Assembly: GCA_013265495.1 (NCBI GenBank)
Contig: MU058883.1
Span: 676,596 to 740,595 of the forward strand
Direction: 5' to 3'
DNA: 64,000 nucleotides
Source: Vicugna vicugna
Lineage: Eukaryota
Shown here: positions 13,015 to 26,400 of the stretch, piece after piece
How positions within the stretch are numbered: position 1 is the stretch's first letter
Layout: each line of letters opens with the position of its first letter
Position numbers and translations under genes: made by a program
Notes under the pieces: generated by a model
The model's database searches: none
Told to the model about the DNA's origin: nothing
What the model saw: only the letters and a program-made list of their open reading frames with translations

Positions 13015-13746
13015 CTCTGCCTCTCCGCCTTTCATCCAAATTCGGTACTTTTCCGTAATGTATTTTTCGTCCGCGGACCCTGGGGCACATCCAAGTTGCA
13101 CTCCGGCGAGCAGCAGGGCCCGGCCGACCACGCAGACGGCAGCAGGTGGAGGTGCAGCCGGGCCTGCTCAGGCCCAGTCCCGCCGTCCCGTCCGGTCCCG
13201 CCGCCGGGCTGCCCCGCGGGACCAACACCCGCCCCCGCCCCCGCCGGTCGGCCGAGCTGGGGGAGGGGCGCCCCTGCTGGGGAGCGGGAGGGGGAGGGGG
13301 CAGCGGCCCGGCCGCCAACGTCACCAACCTGGGCCCAGGTCGGCCGCCCCTCCCCCCGCCACGGCCCGGGTCGGGGGCGCGCGGGGCGCGGGGAGAGCGG
13401 GACCAGACTGGGGCGGGGGGCTGCCCCGCCGAGCGGGGGGCGGTGCGGCGCCGCGGCCGCGGGACTCGGGGAAAGTTTCTCACTCTCCCGGTGCCAGCGC
13501 CGCGGCCCATGCGCAGTGGTGACACGTAGCCGCCCCCCCCCCGCGCCGCGCAGGAGGGGCACCCGCGACGGGGGCGCTATGCCGGCCCGGGTAGGGGTTA
13601 CGGTGGGTGGGTGGGGACGGGCAGAAGGCGGCCGAGGCCCCCTCCCCCGCCCGCCCGGCGCTCCGCGTCGGCAGCTCGGTGCCCCAACTTCTCCGCGCAG
13701 CCCCGCGCCCGGCACCCCGGCCAGCGCCCCCCGCCCGCCCGCTCAC

Positions 13747-13835
13747 CGCGCGGTGCACCCGCCTCCCGGCCTGTCCGTCCGTCTGTCCGCTCGCTGCGGG
13801 AGAAGCCGGGACCTCCGCTCGCTCGCTCCCTCCAG
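13747..13835 (-). other. HDLBP: Probable alternative HDLBP first exon (proximal promoter); 5' end approximate
   Basis: Donor CGCG|GTGAGC at 13746. Start placed about 25-30 nt downstream of the TATATA at 13864-13859. No ATG in the exon. Confidence 0.7.
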
Positions 13836-13857
13836 GCCGGCGCCCGGGCCCCCGCGG

Positions 13858-13865
13858 CTATATAG
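13858..13865 (-). promoter_or_regulatory. TATA-box-like element CTATATAG (palindromic)
   Basis: The only AT-rich octamer in GC-rich flanks, next to a GC box (GGGCGG) and about 110 nt from a consensus donor on the minus strand. Confidence 0.65.
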
Positions 13866-16049
13866 GGCGGCGGCTCCAATCCCGCCCGGACACGTCAGAC
13901 CGAGGCCGCCCCGCCCGCAGGCCGGCCAACGCCGCGCCCCCGCCCGAGCTCCGGAGAGGGCACCCCAGGAGTCGTGCCCAACTCCACAGGGCTCCGCAGC
14001 CTTTCCTGGGGTGGGGGACCAATCGCCACCTTCAGAAAGCGGGGGAGCACGCGAGGGAGGGGAGGGGGCAGAAAGGTCTGCAGCTGTAACAGCGGAGGCC
14101 ACCAGCATCACCACCCCATCCCAAAAAGAAACAAGAAACCTCGAGGAACAACACAAAAGAAATTAACTGCCGGCCCCAACCATTTACAACTTCCAGTTGC
14201 TGGAGGACAACCTGGCCTAAAAAAACTCCCATGGGAACACGTCCCGTGCTCCCAAAGTTTGTAGCACAGATTTTCATTCTCTCACTGGCCTGTGGTTGTT
14301 CCTTGCGCCCCTCACTTCTATGAAATATCCCTACTCTGTTCCTTGGCTACCGGCTTAATCTCTTCAGAAGTGTTATCTCTAGGGTGTTCCTAGGATGCAG
14401 CTGGCCCCAGAGCAAGCAGAACAGAATCCCGCCCCTGGGGACTCCCACCCTGGCGGGTGGAGGGACAAGTCAGGTCTGCATTCACGGTGTAGTAAGAGAC
14501 CACCACCACTGCTGCTTCTCTCTCAAGGGTTCAGGCCTAGTGGGGGATTAGGCACAGATGCCGTTTGCACCTCTGAAGGCTGAGCATAAGTAGAATCCTA
14601 CCGAAGTGTGGGTGTGCACCACATGGGGCAGGACCAGGACCAGGACCACTCCTTGAAGCGGGTGAGGCAGGGCCCTCGCAGGCCCGGGCCGCGAGGTCGG
14701 GCGGGAGAGGACTCCAAGGCTAGGTCAGCACAGCTGGAATGCATGATACAGGGCTGCTAGGGGTGATGGGAAGCTGGCGGGGGGCTCTGAGGGCAGAAGG
14801 CAGCACCAGACGGATTTTTTTATTGGAACACTGTCAAAGTGTGTAGACGGGAAGGAGGGCTGAGGCTCGGCAACGCCACAGCAGTCTGAAGACAATGGCT
14901 CTCCATTAAGGTTGGCGGTGGAAGACACACTAAGTGGACGGACACGAAAGGGAGCGCCGGGAAGCACCTCATTAGTTGAACATGGGGAACAACAGGAGTC
15001 AAGAATGGCAGGGGGCTGCTGGCTGCCCGCACTGGGATGGGGAGGCCAATGGAAGCCTCCACTGGTAAGGGGGCACGTGGTGCAAACACTCAGGACATGA
15101 CACGAGAGATGGCCAACTGTACGTACAAGCTGAAGGCCAGGGAAGAGGCCGGCACAGCCGACAGGGACACCGCAGGGGAAGAAACCACGGAGTTGAGGAC
15201 ACTCATCAGCGCAGTGCCGCAAGTCAGCAGGATGGTACCTGGAGAGGCGCCACCTCCTTAGACTTGGAAGACGTCTCTAAGCACCTCTTCCTGGATCACC
15301 ACTGTGGTTTGTAGGTAGTCCTTCCATGGGCATGAACCAACCAGCAAGTGTGTTTTGCTGTTATTTTTTTGTTTTTGAGGGCTCAGCACTACAGAGGGGG
15401 ATGGGGGGGAGGGGAGGGGAGGGGTGGGACTCAAAGTCAAGGAACTTCCACGGAAGCTAGTAAGTCATCAGAGAAGCGGAGTACCTGGAGCATAGGCGGC
15501 TTTAAAAGAGTCGGTTAAGAACATATCATTAACAAAAGATATGTAAAATCAAATATTAAATTTGTGCTACAAACCATCCCAGGATGCTTCTGTGCTGATA
15601 ATTACCACGAGTTTTTCTCCCCAACAAGCTTTACTAAGCTGAAACTAACAGTTTATAGAGGCAAATTTTGAGACATCTGAATCCAGCAATACTCAAACCA
15701 GATAATGTGCAAACCCCTCAAAAGGCTGCCTCGAAAGGTGAGTATCAGTATGCAACATTTGGGATTTCAGCTTTCAAGGGGACAGGGGAGAAGCTCTGGG
15801 CCTCAAGGTAAAAGGTTAGAGACAGCCCCCCTTCCACATACACACTTAAAGCCATGATCCCCAAAGGGACTAACCCACAACAGAAGGTAGGTAAAAACAA
15901 AAAGAAGCCCACTAGCACAGAGAGGCAGGATGCCCTGACTGGCCCGTGCTGGGAGGTGGGGACACCACTTGAGCATTAGCAGCCGTGGGCTAGTCTTCAA
16001 TAAAGGTTTAGGGTTCAAATTCCTACAGCCCCATTTGTCCAAGAACCCC

Positions 16050-19000
16050 TAACCCAAACCTAGAAATTAACAAAACAGAAAGGAATCTCACTGGGGAGCG
16101 AATAAATCTCACGCCAGGCTGCAGATCCACCCACACTGGAGAGAGGCTCCAAAATTCAAAATTCAAAAACTAAGAAGACTGAAATAGGATCAGACTCAAG
16201 AACTTCAGGTGACAGAACTATCAGATTGAGACTACAAAAAAATCTCCAAGTGACCAGAGATATAAGGGATAAAATGGCATTAAAAAATCAAGAGATGGAA
16301 CAAATTAAAGAAGTTAAGACCCTCAGGTAAGAGGATCAGAAGTCCAGCACATGTCAAATAGGAGGCCCAAAAGAAGAAACTACAAAGAACAGAGAACCCT
16401 GGGAAAATACTGTCGAAAATTCTAGAATGCAAAGCTGTAGCGTGCCCTTCCCCTCCTCAAAAGAGAACAGGTGGCCAGCAGGGCAATTTAAACTAATCTA
16501 CACTGAAACCTCACATAGTAATAGTGAAACCCCCCAAACGCTGAAGAGTAGAGTAGACCTCAAAAGCAGCTAGAGAGAGAGGACAGGTCCCCGGGAGGGA
16601 GCACCGTGCTCACCGGCGTGGGGCCGCCAGGGACAGCGAGACACACCTACATGCTGTGCTGACCGCAGTGACAGCCAACTCAGCAGTCTTTGTCTTAAGA
16701 ATGAAATACTCACTTTCAGATAAAAATTAAAAAAATTACTATCAATGGATAACTACTGAAGTAACTATTAAAGAGGAAAAATGGAAGCCAGGGACTCGCG
16801 AAAAGCAATACTGCTGAAGAAACCAGTAACCGAGACGGAGTGAAACAAGCACTGACCGCTTACTCGTACCACCACCACCATCTGCACAGAGTCACAGTGC
16901 AAGACAGACTCAAGAGCCAAGGCAGCAATAAGCATAGCTGGGAGGGGACTGAAGCCACAACACTTTCAGATCATTATATTAGGGGAGATTAGAGATACTA
17001 ATTCCGCCCTTGTTGAGTGATAAAAGTTTAGAAATAACCTAGTAGAAACAGAAACAGTTTTAAAACTTCAAGCTAAAATCCAAACTCTTATTCAAATGGA
17101 AGTTATCAGCAACATTCAAGATCTTGGATCAGGTCGGAGGCTCAGAAGTACTCATTATAAAACACATTCTTACTTACTGGTTATGTGCTTTCTGTATCAC
17201 TAATTATTTAATAAAAGAGAAAAAAGAAAACAGGATAAGAAGCAAGAAAAGCAGAAGAGAAGCAATTTGAAGGCAAGGCAGACACAACATTGCAAACTGA
17301 TTATACTTCAGTAAAAATAAAAGTAAAGATTAAAAAAATAAAATCACAGCAAATAAAGCACAAAATATGACGGAAGAAATACATCCAATGTGGCAATATC
17401 TAATGTTAATACACTAAACTAGCCAGTGACAGAATCCAGCTATCAGCTATTCAAGAATCCTGACCACGAGGACACAGAGGCTGAAACAAAGGGATGGAAA
17501 AGTACCCGGGGACACCGAGGCTGGGCTCACGGTGCCATTCCCAGATAAAACAGACTGTAGCGTAAGAAGCATTACTAAGAACGAGGAAGGTCAAGAGTAA
17601 CAGATTCAATCAACTCTGATCACACATGTATCTAACAACACAGCTCCTAAAGGGAAAACCGAAGGTCTCTAGACGCCGAACTAGCCAAGATTAGAGGAAG
17701 GAAGACCCAAGTCTGGGCAACACGGACTGCGGAGACTAAGACGTACAGAAGCCAAAGCAATGCAGTTCATGAAGCTGCGTTCCTGGTCTTGTATCGTCCT
17801 TTGCCAAACGATCAGAAACGACACATTCTTTTTCCGTATATACTGAACTTCTATAAAAACTGGCCAGGAGCTAAGGCCGAAAATTTTTTCAACAAATGGC
17901 AGAAAATTGATACCATAACGACATACTGTGACCACAACACAATCAATCAGAAGTCAAGTTAGAAGCTTAAAAAGCCTGGAAACTTAAAAACTTGCTCCTA
18001 AGTAACTCATGAGTCAAAGAAGAAATCTGAAAATATTTAGAACTGAGCAATAAAGCAGTTACATATCCAGACTTGTGGAATGAAGCCAGAGTGTAACCCG
18101 GAGACAAATTTATAGCCTTAGCCATCATATTAGTGAAGAGGAAAATGCAGAAATTAACTAGGTAATCACTCTTTTTTGAAATTAGAAAAAAACAACAGGA
18201 TAAACCCAAAGAAAGTAGAAATAGAGAGATTAACGAAGTAAAAGACATACTACAGAGAATGAACCACCTGCAGCTGAGCCTAAACGACTCATTCGCTCCA
18301 TGCCATAAACCATCAGTAAAACAAGAGAACAGGTGACAATGGACAATACTAAGACTGCAAAGGGGGTAAAAAGAATAACTACAATAGAGACTTTGAAAAA
18401 CCATACAAGAATTCTACTGAGAAAAGCATCAAAAACTTGGAAACAGGTGAAATAGGCCATCTCTAGAAAAATAAGTTACCCAAACCAAGTCTGTCAGAAA
18501 TGGAAAGTGTAAATAACTAACACTATCCAATCTCTGAAGAAACAAACATAAAAAGTCACAACCAAAGGGCAGGCCCAGGTGCTTTTGTAAGGAAGCCCAG
18601 AGGAGAGACTGTCTTCCCAACTCACTCACAGAGCCGGGCCCTTTAACACCTCTCAGACAAGGACAGCAGGAAGAAAAGAATGTGTGAATTTCATCTAGGC
18701 ACTTAAAAAGCAAAAGCCTAAAATAATCTAGCAAACTGATCCAGAAATGTAAAAACAAACATGTATACACATAAACTTGCAACAGTGCAAGGTGGTGCAG
18801 TACCAGAAACAAAGTAATTCATCACATTATTAGCACCAGAGCAAGAATGATCTGATTATCTCAGAACGATCAAATGGAGACTCATTCACCCATTCTTGAT
18901 AAAAACCAGGAGTACAAGGACACCTCCCTGACTTGACGACGGTCACCTAATAGAGAGCCCTCATCAGAAGCGTTCACACTGGGGGCATGAGGAAGACAGG

Positions 19001-19950
19001 TTGCACTGAGCATTTTATGTATTTGAACCTACACTAGAGATTCTAGCCAGGGCAGTAAGGCAAGAAAAAGAAAGGTTAGGGTTAGGACAACACAACTGTC
19101 TAAGGACAAGACCCAAGACCCTGGGGAACCTGCAAATGCACTATCAGAATGGAAGAGTCAGTCAGTTTTCTGGAAACACGATCAGGACATAAAATCAATT
19201 ATGGTCCAAAACACCAGCAACAAACTATTAGAAATAAATCTAGTAAGGAAGTAGGATTTACAGAGAACACTGTAAAAAACCTTTGTCAAAATACAGAAAA
19301 GACCTAGATAAACACGGAAATGCCATGTTCCCCTACACAGGAAGACGAAATCACACAATGCAGTTCTCTCCTAATCAGACTGGAAATTCAGTGCAAGTGC
19401 AACGTACATCCCAAGAGGGGCAAGTATATGCATGTGAGTGCGTGTAATTTTAGTCAGATTTTATACAATTTTCATTTATAGAACAATTTCTATACACACT
19501 TATATGGAAATATTTTATAATTCTGTATCAGAAAACAACGTGCATAAACGCACAATTTTTAGAATATTTACACATACAAGCTATACGTACACAACACCTT
19601 TATACAAAAGCTCAATGGCCACAAACAGCCGTTACAACTCCGAGGAAACCCAGGTGGGGAGGACCTGCCCTCCCCAGTCCCAGACTTTACAGCTACAGTA
19701 ACTCAGGTGGCCTGTGCCTGTGCACAGACAGGCACAGAGAACCCGGCACAGACACCAAAACAGACAGACGCCACTTTAATCATGAGAGGTGGCCTTGTGG
19801 ATGGACCACACCATCAATGCCCCTGGGAAAACCGGTCCTCCAGATGAGAAGAAACCTAGGCCCTTGCTTCATACCACTCACAAGGCCTATTAAGGCTTAA
19901 GATGCAAATACTGAGAGAACCACCTGACTTCTAGTACCCGCGACAGGAAC
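16050..19950 (+). mobile_element. Long decayed L1 (ORF1/ORF2 remnants); boundaries approximate
   Basis: Strongly A-rich with L1 ORF2-like phrases (gaccacaacacaatc, aaacccaaagaaagtagaa, ctagccagggcagtaaggcaagaaaaagaaa, gacctagataaa). Many stops and indels. Confidence 0.7.
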
Positions 19951-20724
19951 AAGCTCTCCCACGTGGGTGAGGGAACCGTGTGCGAGAACCACATCACAGC
20001 ACCGTCAGCCAGAGCCAGCGGTGCTCAACATCTACACATAGAGACACATCAGCAGACAAACTGAGGTGTATCCTGACAGGAAATGGTTCAAGGAGGGTCC
20101 CGTTGATGGCGCCAGGGGACAAGCCTGGGGCTTGGGAGCGTCCAGGACTGATGCTTGCTCAGGAGCCCTGCAGCCCTGCAGGGAGCCGGTGCTAAGGGCA
20201 GGGGGTGTTCAACACAGTCCGCCTTCCCACACCGAGGGTGGTGTTCAGGTCAGGGCAAAGAATGTTTTCATCACTCTGGACAGCTAAACATACTAAAAAA
20301 CTCCTTTCAGGATTAAGCTTACTTATACACGGCTATAAATACAAACTGTAGCATCAACCCAAGTTGACCTGTAGCATATTCTAATATCGAAAACACCAAA
20401 ACCAGGTTCCTTTAACTACCATATGTACATTCAACTCAGCACTGTTTCCCCCAAGTAATAGCAGTCCAAGTTCAGGTGAGAGCGGAGCACAGAGCAGGCG
20501 GCAATGACTTTCCTCTCACGTGGTTCTGCTCCTCCTCCGCTAACTCTTGTCAGCGCCACTTCGTTCTAGGAAGTGACAGAAAGGGTGACAAAGAATTCTC
20601 CTCAACGACATGCACTTCCACGTGGTGCGAAGACGGTAACTTAACTGAGTTTTAGCTGAGCCATGACAGGCCTCTCCAGTGAGAAGACTGTATGAAGAAC
20701 ACAAACCTGCTGTCAGGACCCACC

Positions 20725-20840
20725 TTTGGAATCTGGTGAGACAGTATTTGGGTCACCCTGGCTGGTTGTTTAAGCTCTGTTTCCCATCTGTATAAACCCT
20801 GGGGCCTCTGTAAATTGTTAAAAAGATCAAGGAAGATAAT
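20725..20840. mobile_element. MIR-like fragment
   Basis: Core-like ctctgtttcccatctgtataaa ... ttgttaaaaagatcaa. Short and degraded. Confidence 0.4.
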
Positions 20841-23800
20841 CTGCTCTATAGTAGTATCCAACTATTTGGGAATATTAGCATTTAATTCCACTAAATAAAC
20901 ATACCACATTCTGCTAAAAGAATACATTTAACATAATACTGTATTATGTTAATTTTATAAATACTGAAACGGCATAACTTTATACAGATGAGTAAAGAAT
21001 GATATTTATTTAGTCTAAATTAAGAATATGTGTCAGACAAATACACCTTATAACTCTTTTTAAGATGCAGCTGGGACAAAGCTTAAGTTCAAAAGAGTAA
21101 GTTAATGGATTTCCATAGAAATGAAATGAAACAGTCCTCTGCAGAGAGCCGTGCTGGCTGACGTGTGTCCACGGACACATGAGACGTGGCTAGTTTGAAC
21201 TGACACAGGTTGTAACGTCTGAAAGACACATTGGTAATGTTATGCTGATTACATGCTGCAATGGTATCGTGGATTAGGCCAGCCACAATGTATCACTGAC
21301 TTAAATTTCACTTGTTTCCTTTTTTTTTTTTAAGCTGGACACTAGAAACTTTTAGCTGACATGTGGAGCTCTTACTGAACAGCAAGGCCACAAGAGCTGT
21401 TTTTCTGAATCAAAGCAGCTATGCAACCTGACAAAAAGTTGTCCTTATTAATAAACTTTATAAAAACAGTCAATCTTTCACAGAAATGCAAGCAACATTT
21501 ACTTAACGTGTACAAAAAAATGCAGTTCGAAGGCAGGATGAGACTCTACATTTCACCTCTCAAGTCGGCAGAAACACAGTAGGATGACAGAAAAGCTGGG
21601 AGGACACCAGAGGAATAAAAACAGACGTGACCTCCTTGAAGAGACATTTAATCACACGTTGTAATTTAAAATGCAAATTTTCTTTGACTCACCAATTGCT
21701 ACTTCTAAGACTTTCTCGCATATATGTTCATAGATACGTCCAAACGTAAATATACTGTAGCATTTTTGTAGAAGCAAGGACTGGACACCTGTGCTGTTTC
21801 CACCAGGAGGAGACTGTAGCACACAGCCTCACACCTGACTTTCACAAACACCCAAGCCTCCGTGCTCCCAGAGAACTATGAGCTGACACCCCTCTCCCCA
21901 GATGGACGCCTGGCTCTAGCCCCACCAGCGACGGTACATGCTGGATCCCCAAGCCGCGCATGCCAGTTCTGCTTGTTAATGTAATCACATAAGATAAAAA
22001 TAATACAAGTAAGGAAGTAAGAGTCAAGAGAGATGTTTCTATGAACACTTAAAGTTTACCACATCGAAATTCTCAGTAAAGCCAGTTTGCCTTAAAAAAA
22101 CTGTCACACTGAAAAAAATCTTAGAAATCTCAAGGAACCCTACATTCTAACTGCTCTGTAAGTGTCTTAAATTCCTGATCCACCTCAAAGAAACTGCTGC
22201 TGAACGTCCTAGATGACATGTGGCTGGTTTATGTACGAAGAGATTATGCAGAACAGCCAGCAGGGCCTCCAACACAAGGTCTCGGCCCTGCATGGTGTGA
22301 GTGCCCCGTTCCAGCCACGTCCCCAGTGTCTGTGTCAGCAGCGAGAAAAGGGCAGTTGTGGTCATACTGACGTGTAACCAGCTGTCAGAGAGCCCTGTTT
22401 GTGCATAAAATATCTCCAGAAGGACACTCAAGCCATTGAGAACAAAGGACAGGAGCACAGAGCTGGGCGTGAGAAGCATCGGTTCCAGGTTAAGGAGGGG
22501 ACTGCACTTACTGCCTCGGAAAGACAGCAATTTTACTGTGAAGTCAGGAGGTGAGCACATGTGAACACAGCGTACATTCCATATACCACTTGCCAAAAAA
22601 GTATGTTTTAACAGGTACAGAAATTATGGTTGGACAAGTGTTAAGTGCTCACCACAGGTAACTGGGGGGCGGGGCATGCTCTGTACTATGTGACGCTTAC
22701 TTTCTCGACAAAGATGCTTCCCGTTGGAGAGGGGAATAAGAGGTGCTACTAACCGCACGAGCTATGACAAACAAGTAAGGGCAGAGTCACAAGAATCTTC
22801 TTTCCTGTTCCATAGACCATGTTATCAGCAAGAAGTCTAAAGTAAGCCTTTTGCTGCTGTAATTTCTTGGTGAGGGACTGCTGATCGCAGAGAGGATAAG
22901 ACTTTGGCCCATCAAAACTCTTTGAGAACTGGAAGGCACCTCAACTGTCTCAAGTGTGCGGAGAGGAGCGCAGAAGGACCGGGGCTCTGTGCAGCTGCCA
23001 GCACACGACCAGAACAACGAGCAGAGACACCTTCCACCTGAGCACAAAGACGAAGGTCCTTGAGAGGGGGCAGTCTGGACTCGTACCCTGGGAAACTGGG
23101 CAGAGCCCTTCCTGCCCGGTGACCCGCTCCCTGCGGGGTGGCTGTCCGGGTGAGATGCCTCCTCGGGGTCTCCTTCTCTAAAAGTCTGACTGTGTCAGAG
23201 AGACAACCGCTGCTTCGGGGCAGAAGGGCATCACTGACACATCTCTGAATGCTGTGCTTCAGAGCAGCTCCTCCACACATACACTGGTCTGTACAGGCTG
23301 GACGTCCACTGGCCCTGCCTCATCGGCGACGGCGTTCCTGGGAAGAGAAGGACGAGGATGGAATGGCCACAGAGGAAGGGGCTCCGGCAGTCTCCCCATC
23401 AGTCCTACAATCACATTACAAGAAACAAAGTAATTTCAAGGTTGACCTAGGGCAACTGATACTTGAAGATACTTTTCTCCTACACAGAAAAGTTCCACGG
23501 GCTCATGTTCATACAATAGGCACAGAAAAATCCAGCCTCCCAGCCTCTCCTCTCCAGATTCCAGCCTCAGCAGCGCTCCAGGGTGCCATCTGTTTGTCGA
23601 CAGGGGCAAGCCACACCTCTTCAACCGGGTTGTCTCGTTTGCTAAATGAGGAGACGGGACTCCTCTGTCTCTTCTGATATCATCTTTCTACGTCTGCCCT
23701 GGGGTTAAACCCCACTTTGGGATTTAAAGACCTCCTAGAAACCCTTAGTAATACAGCTGTCCCCTCCAGCCCCTACGAAAGAACTAATTCAACATCAAGG

Positions 23801-25444
23801 TGCAGTAATCCAAGTACAGTAAGTACCCAGACCAAAGCAGAGCTATCTAACCTCGGTCCTGAGTCAAACCCTGGACCCAGGGTAGGCTGCCACGCTGTGA
23901 GAGCATCTGGGGAGCAGGAACTCAGAGGTGCCATCTGTCAGGAGAAAAGGCAGGACAGGGCAAGCGTTAACCCCACCACTAGAAAACCAGTAATCACCAA
24001 AGAGGGACAGAAGACAAAGACAACTGGCCGAGGCTCCATGGGCAGCCAAGGACAGGGAGCAGGGGCACCGGGGTCCAGACCAGCACAGCAGCTCGACCAC
24101 AGGGAACCCATGGAGGCCAGCTCCAAGAGACAAGAAGACCCACTTGCGGTGAACTCCACTCACTGTGTGAAGAAGCGGTTGTGGAAGGGCAAGAGCAGAG
24201 ATGGTGAGACACGGAAGCTAAAGAAGTCTGGAAGCAACCACAAACTCCTTAAGGAGGAGGCAGACTGGATCCTGTGTCCACGCAGTGACGCGCAAGGGGC
24301 TGGACAAGATCTCCACATGCAGTTATGCACGGTCTCTAGGTCATGCAGTCGGTGGGAAACGCAAAGGAGGCAGCAGGTGCAGACTATGTGCCCTTACTCC
24401 CAGAAAGAGTCAGAAACACAAGTGTCTACCTGTCTGGCTGTATCTTCAAGAAACAATGGGAGAAGGAAAAAAGGGAGGAGGGACAGGGATGGAATCAAAC
24501 TCATGAATATGCCATGATTCACAGCTTTGCCTTTAGAACCATGTAAATCAGAGAAGAACAAACTGAAAACAAGTATGTCCTACCCCTTTATTGTGATTCG
24601 GGTTACATAGGTGGGTGTCATTAATGCTTATGGCTCAATGAATTTTCACTAAGGATTTGCACAGCTCTCTGTATGTTTATCATACTTAAACAATTTTACT
24701 AAAAAAAATTGAAATCAACCTAACAACGTCACTTTGGCGGCATAAGCATCAGAGAAATCGTAACTTTCAAACACAACAACCTGACAGTATACTCCAGGTG
24801 GGATACACCCTACTAACTCTAGTTAACATCATTCTGAAAGTGCTTCACGGTGCAGGATAAGGGGACTAGGTAGTCAAGTCAACAGCCTTAAAATCACGAT
24901 TTTCAGCACAAGTACATCTTCATCTGAATTCACGACTGCTTCCGACGTCTGTCTGCTCCGAGGAGCAGCGCAGAGGCACAAGGCCTCCCAGCACGTGTAC
25001 CGCAGCGTCCACACGGCTCCCCACTCAGAAGAGCCAGAGTTCCTTGGAAGAACAGGCGGTTCCAGGTCTAGTGCAGAAGATGGACAAGACGGAACGTCCT
25101 TGAAAGCAAGGACACAGTCAGACTAGTGGGGTCACGTCCAAGGAACACAGAAGCCAATTTGGGAAACAACACGAATACCAATGGGCTGAAACACAATTAT
25201 CTGCATATCCACAAGTTTATAACACTGGGGGGCGAGCAACAAAAGTGCACTGTTGCTTCCGAAGCTGCCAGTCCATACGTATTCTAAATGTTAATAAAGG
25301 AATGAAACCATTTCTCCTTTCTCTCCAGCAGGAATTATATTTCAAAGTAACCAGAATTGATAAAGGAAAACTTCTTCATGTAAAAATGCCAATAAGTAAA
25401 TATAGAAACAGAATTAGGAAAACATTCATTTTGCAACTGCCAAT

Positions 25445-25740
25445 TGCAGGCTAAATCATGGCCCCCCCCAAAGATATCCAGTACTTAGCCCTGGAACCTG
25501 TACATGTTACAAATGAATTAAGCTAAGAATTAAGTAAGCGTCCTTAAAATCATGCACTTTTGAAGACGGAGGAGGGGCCACAGGGAATGCAGGAGCTTCA
25601 ACAAGTTGAAGAAGGCAAGGCATCGACAGTCCCCTAAAGCAGCCAGGAGGGGGCCCTGCTGACACCCAGACTCAGCCCAGGGAGGCAGACTTCAGCCAAC
25701 TGTGTGGTAGTTTGTGACATCAGCAACAGGAAACCGACCA
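25445..25740 (+). mobile_element. MLT1 (ERVL-MaLR) solo LTR, degraded
   Basis: Starts ttgcaggctaaatcatggcccccccaaagatatcc and ends gtggtagtttgtgacatcagcaacaggaaac, typical of MLT1 termini. Confidence 0.65.
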
Positions 25741-25899
25741 ATGAAACAATGGACATAAGCAAAATGGCTATTAAGCCCATTAGATAACTGGTTGATAAAA
25801 AAGGACGTGTTCCTGGCCCCCTCCCCACTCCACTTTTGAAAGAACAAAAACAAACAAACAAGACCTCTGCGGATCAGAGAAATGCATCACATACCACCA

Positions 25900-26400
25900 C
25901 AAGATACACCCAACCAAATCCAGAGTGTGGGAGAAGCACAGCCCAAACGGCCTTGGTGCTTTTACAAACAAGCGGCACTTTTTTAAAAAAGAGGACAAGG
26001 AACTGTCAAAGATTTTTAATTGCCTAGATTTTAATGCAGTGTGGAGAACTTCTTCAGGTTTTGATTCAAACAAACCAAAGGTAAAAACTATTTTGTGACA
26101 TTTGGAGAAAACTGACACAGAATAGATACTGAATTGTTAACTATTAACACGGTTTTTAGATATGATTTCTTTAAAACCCTCATCTACTAAAGACCCATGC
26201 TCTAAGTATTTACAAGGGACACAAAATGTGAAATTTGCTTCAAAACACTCAAACTCAAAATGAAAAGTATGGCGAGTAGGGGACAAGCAGGGAAAGATAA
26301 AATGAGAATGGTAAAATTCTGGTAATTGTTCAAGCTGGGTGACAGGTGTATGAAATATCAGTATTCTCTCCTATCTTGGGATTCGCTTGAAAGGTTTTCT
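25900..26400 (+). mobile_element. L1MC-type 3' end fragment
   Basis: ttgattcaaacaaacc ... atttggagaaaactga ... gtaattgttcaagctgggtgacagg resembles L1MC 3' UTR. Confidence 0.5.

Larger units (their letters stand above)
12830..14060. promoter_or_regulatory. HDLBP: CpG island, internal (proximal) HDLBP promoter
   Basis: Very high GC and CpG density, many GGGCGG/CCGCCC GC boxes, a TATA element and a first-exon-type donor. Confidence 0.9.

Noticed and set aside
12779-14166. Long ORFs on both strands (356, 248, 227 and 220 aa)
   Set aside because: Low-complexity Pro/Arg/Gly/Ala frames caused by stop-codon scarcity in a CpG island. Several cross an N gap, and none shows a recognisable domain.
15037-15261. 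74-aa ORF MGRPMEASTGK... upstream of the decayed L1
   Set aside because: I could not assign it to any family; it may be part of an old repeat. Too little evidence to call.
20517-20624. Two CACGTG E-boxes flanking an ETS core (AGGAAGTG)
   Set aside because: Short motifs occur often by chance. An enhancer cannot be supported without conservation or chromatin data.
23717-24517. 266-aa plus-strand ORF
   Set aside because: No recognisable family. It lies antisense in an HDLBP intron, in A/G-rich sequence that runs into L1-like remnants, with no supporting promoter or splice structure.
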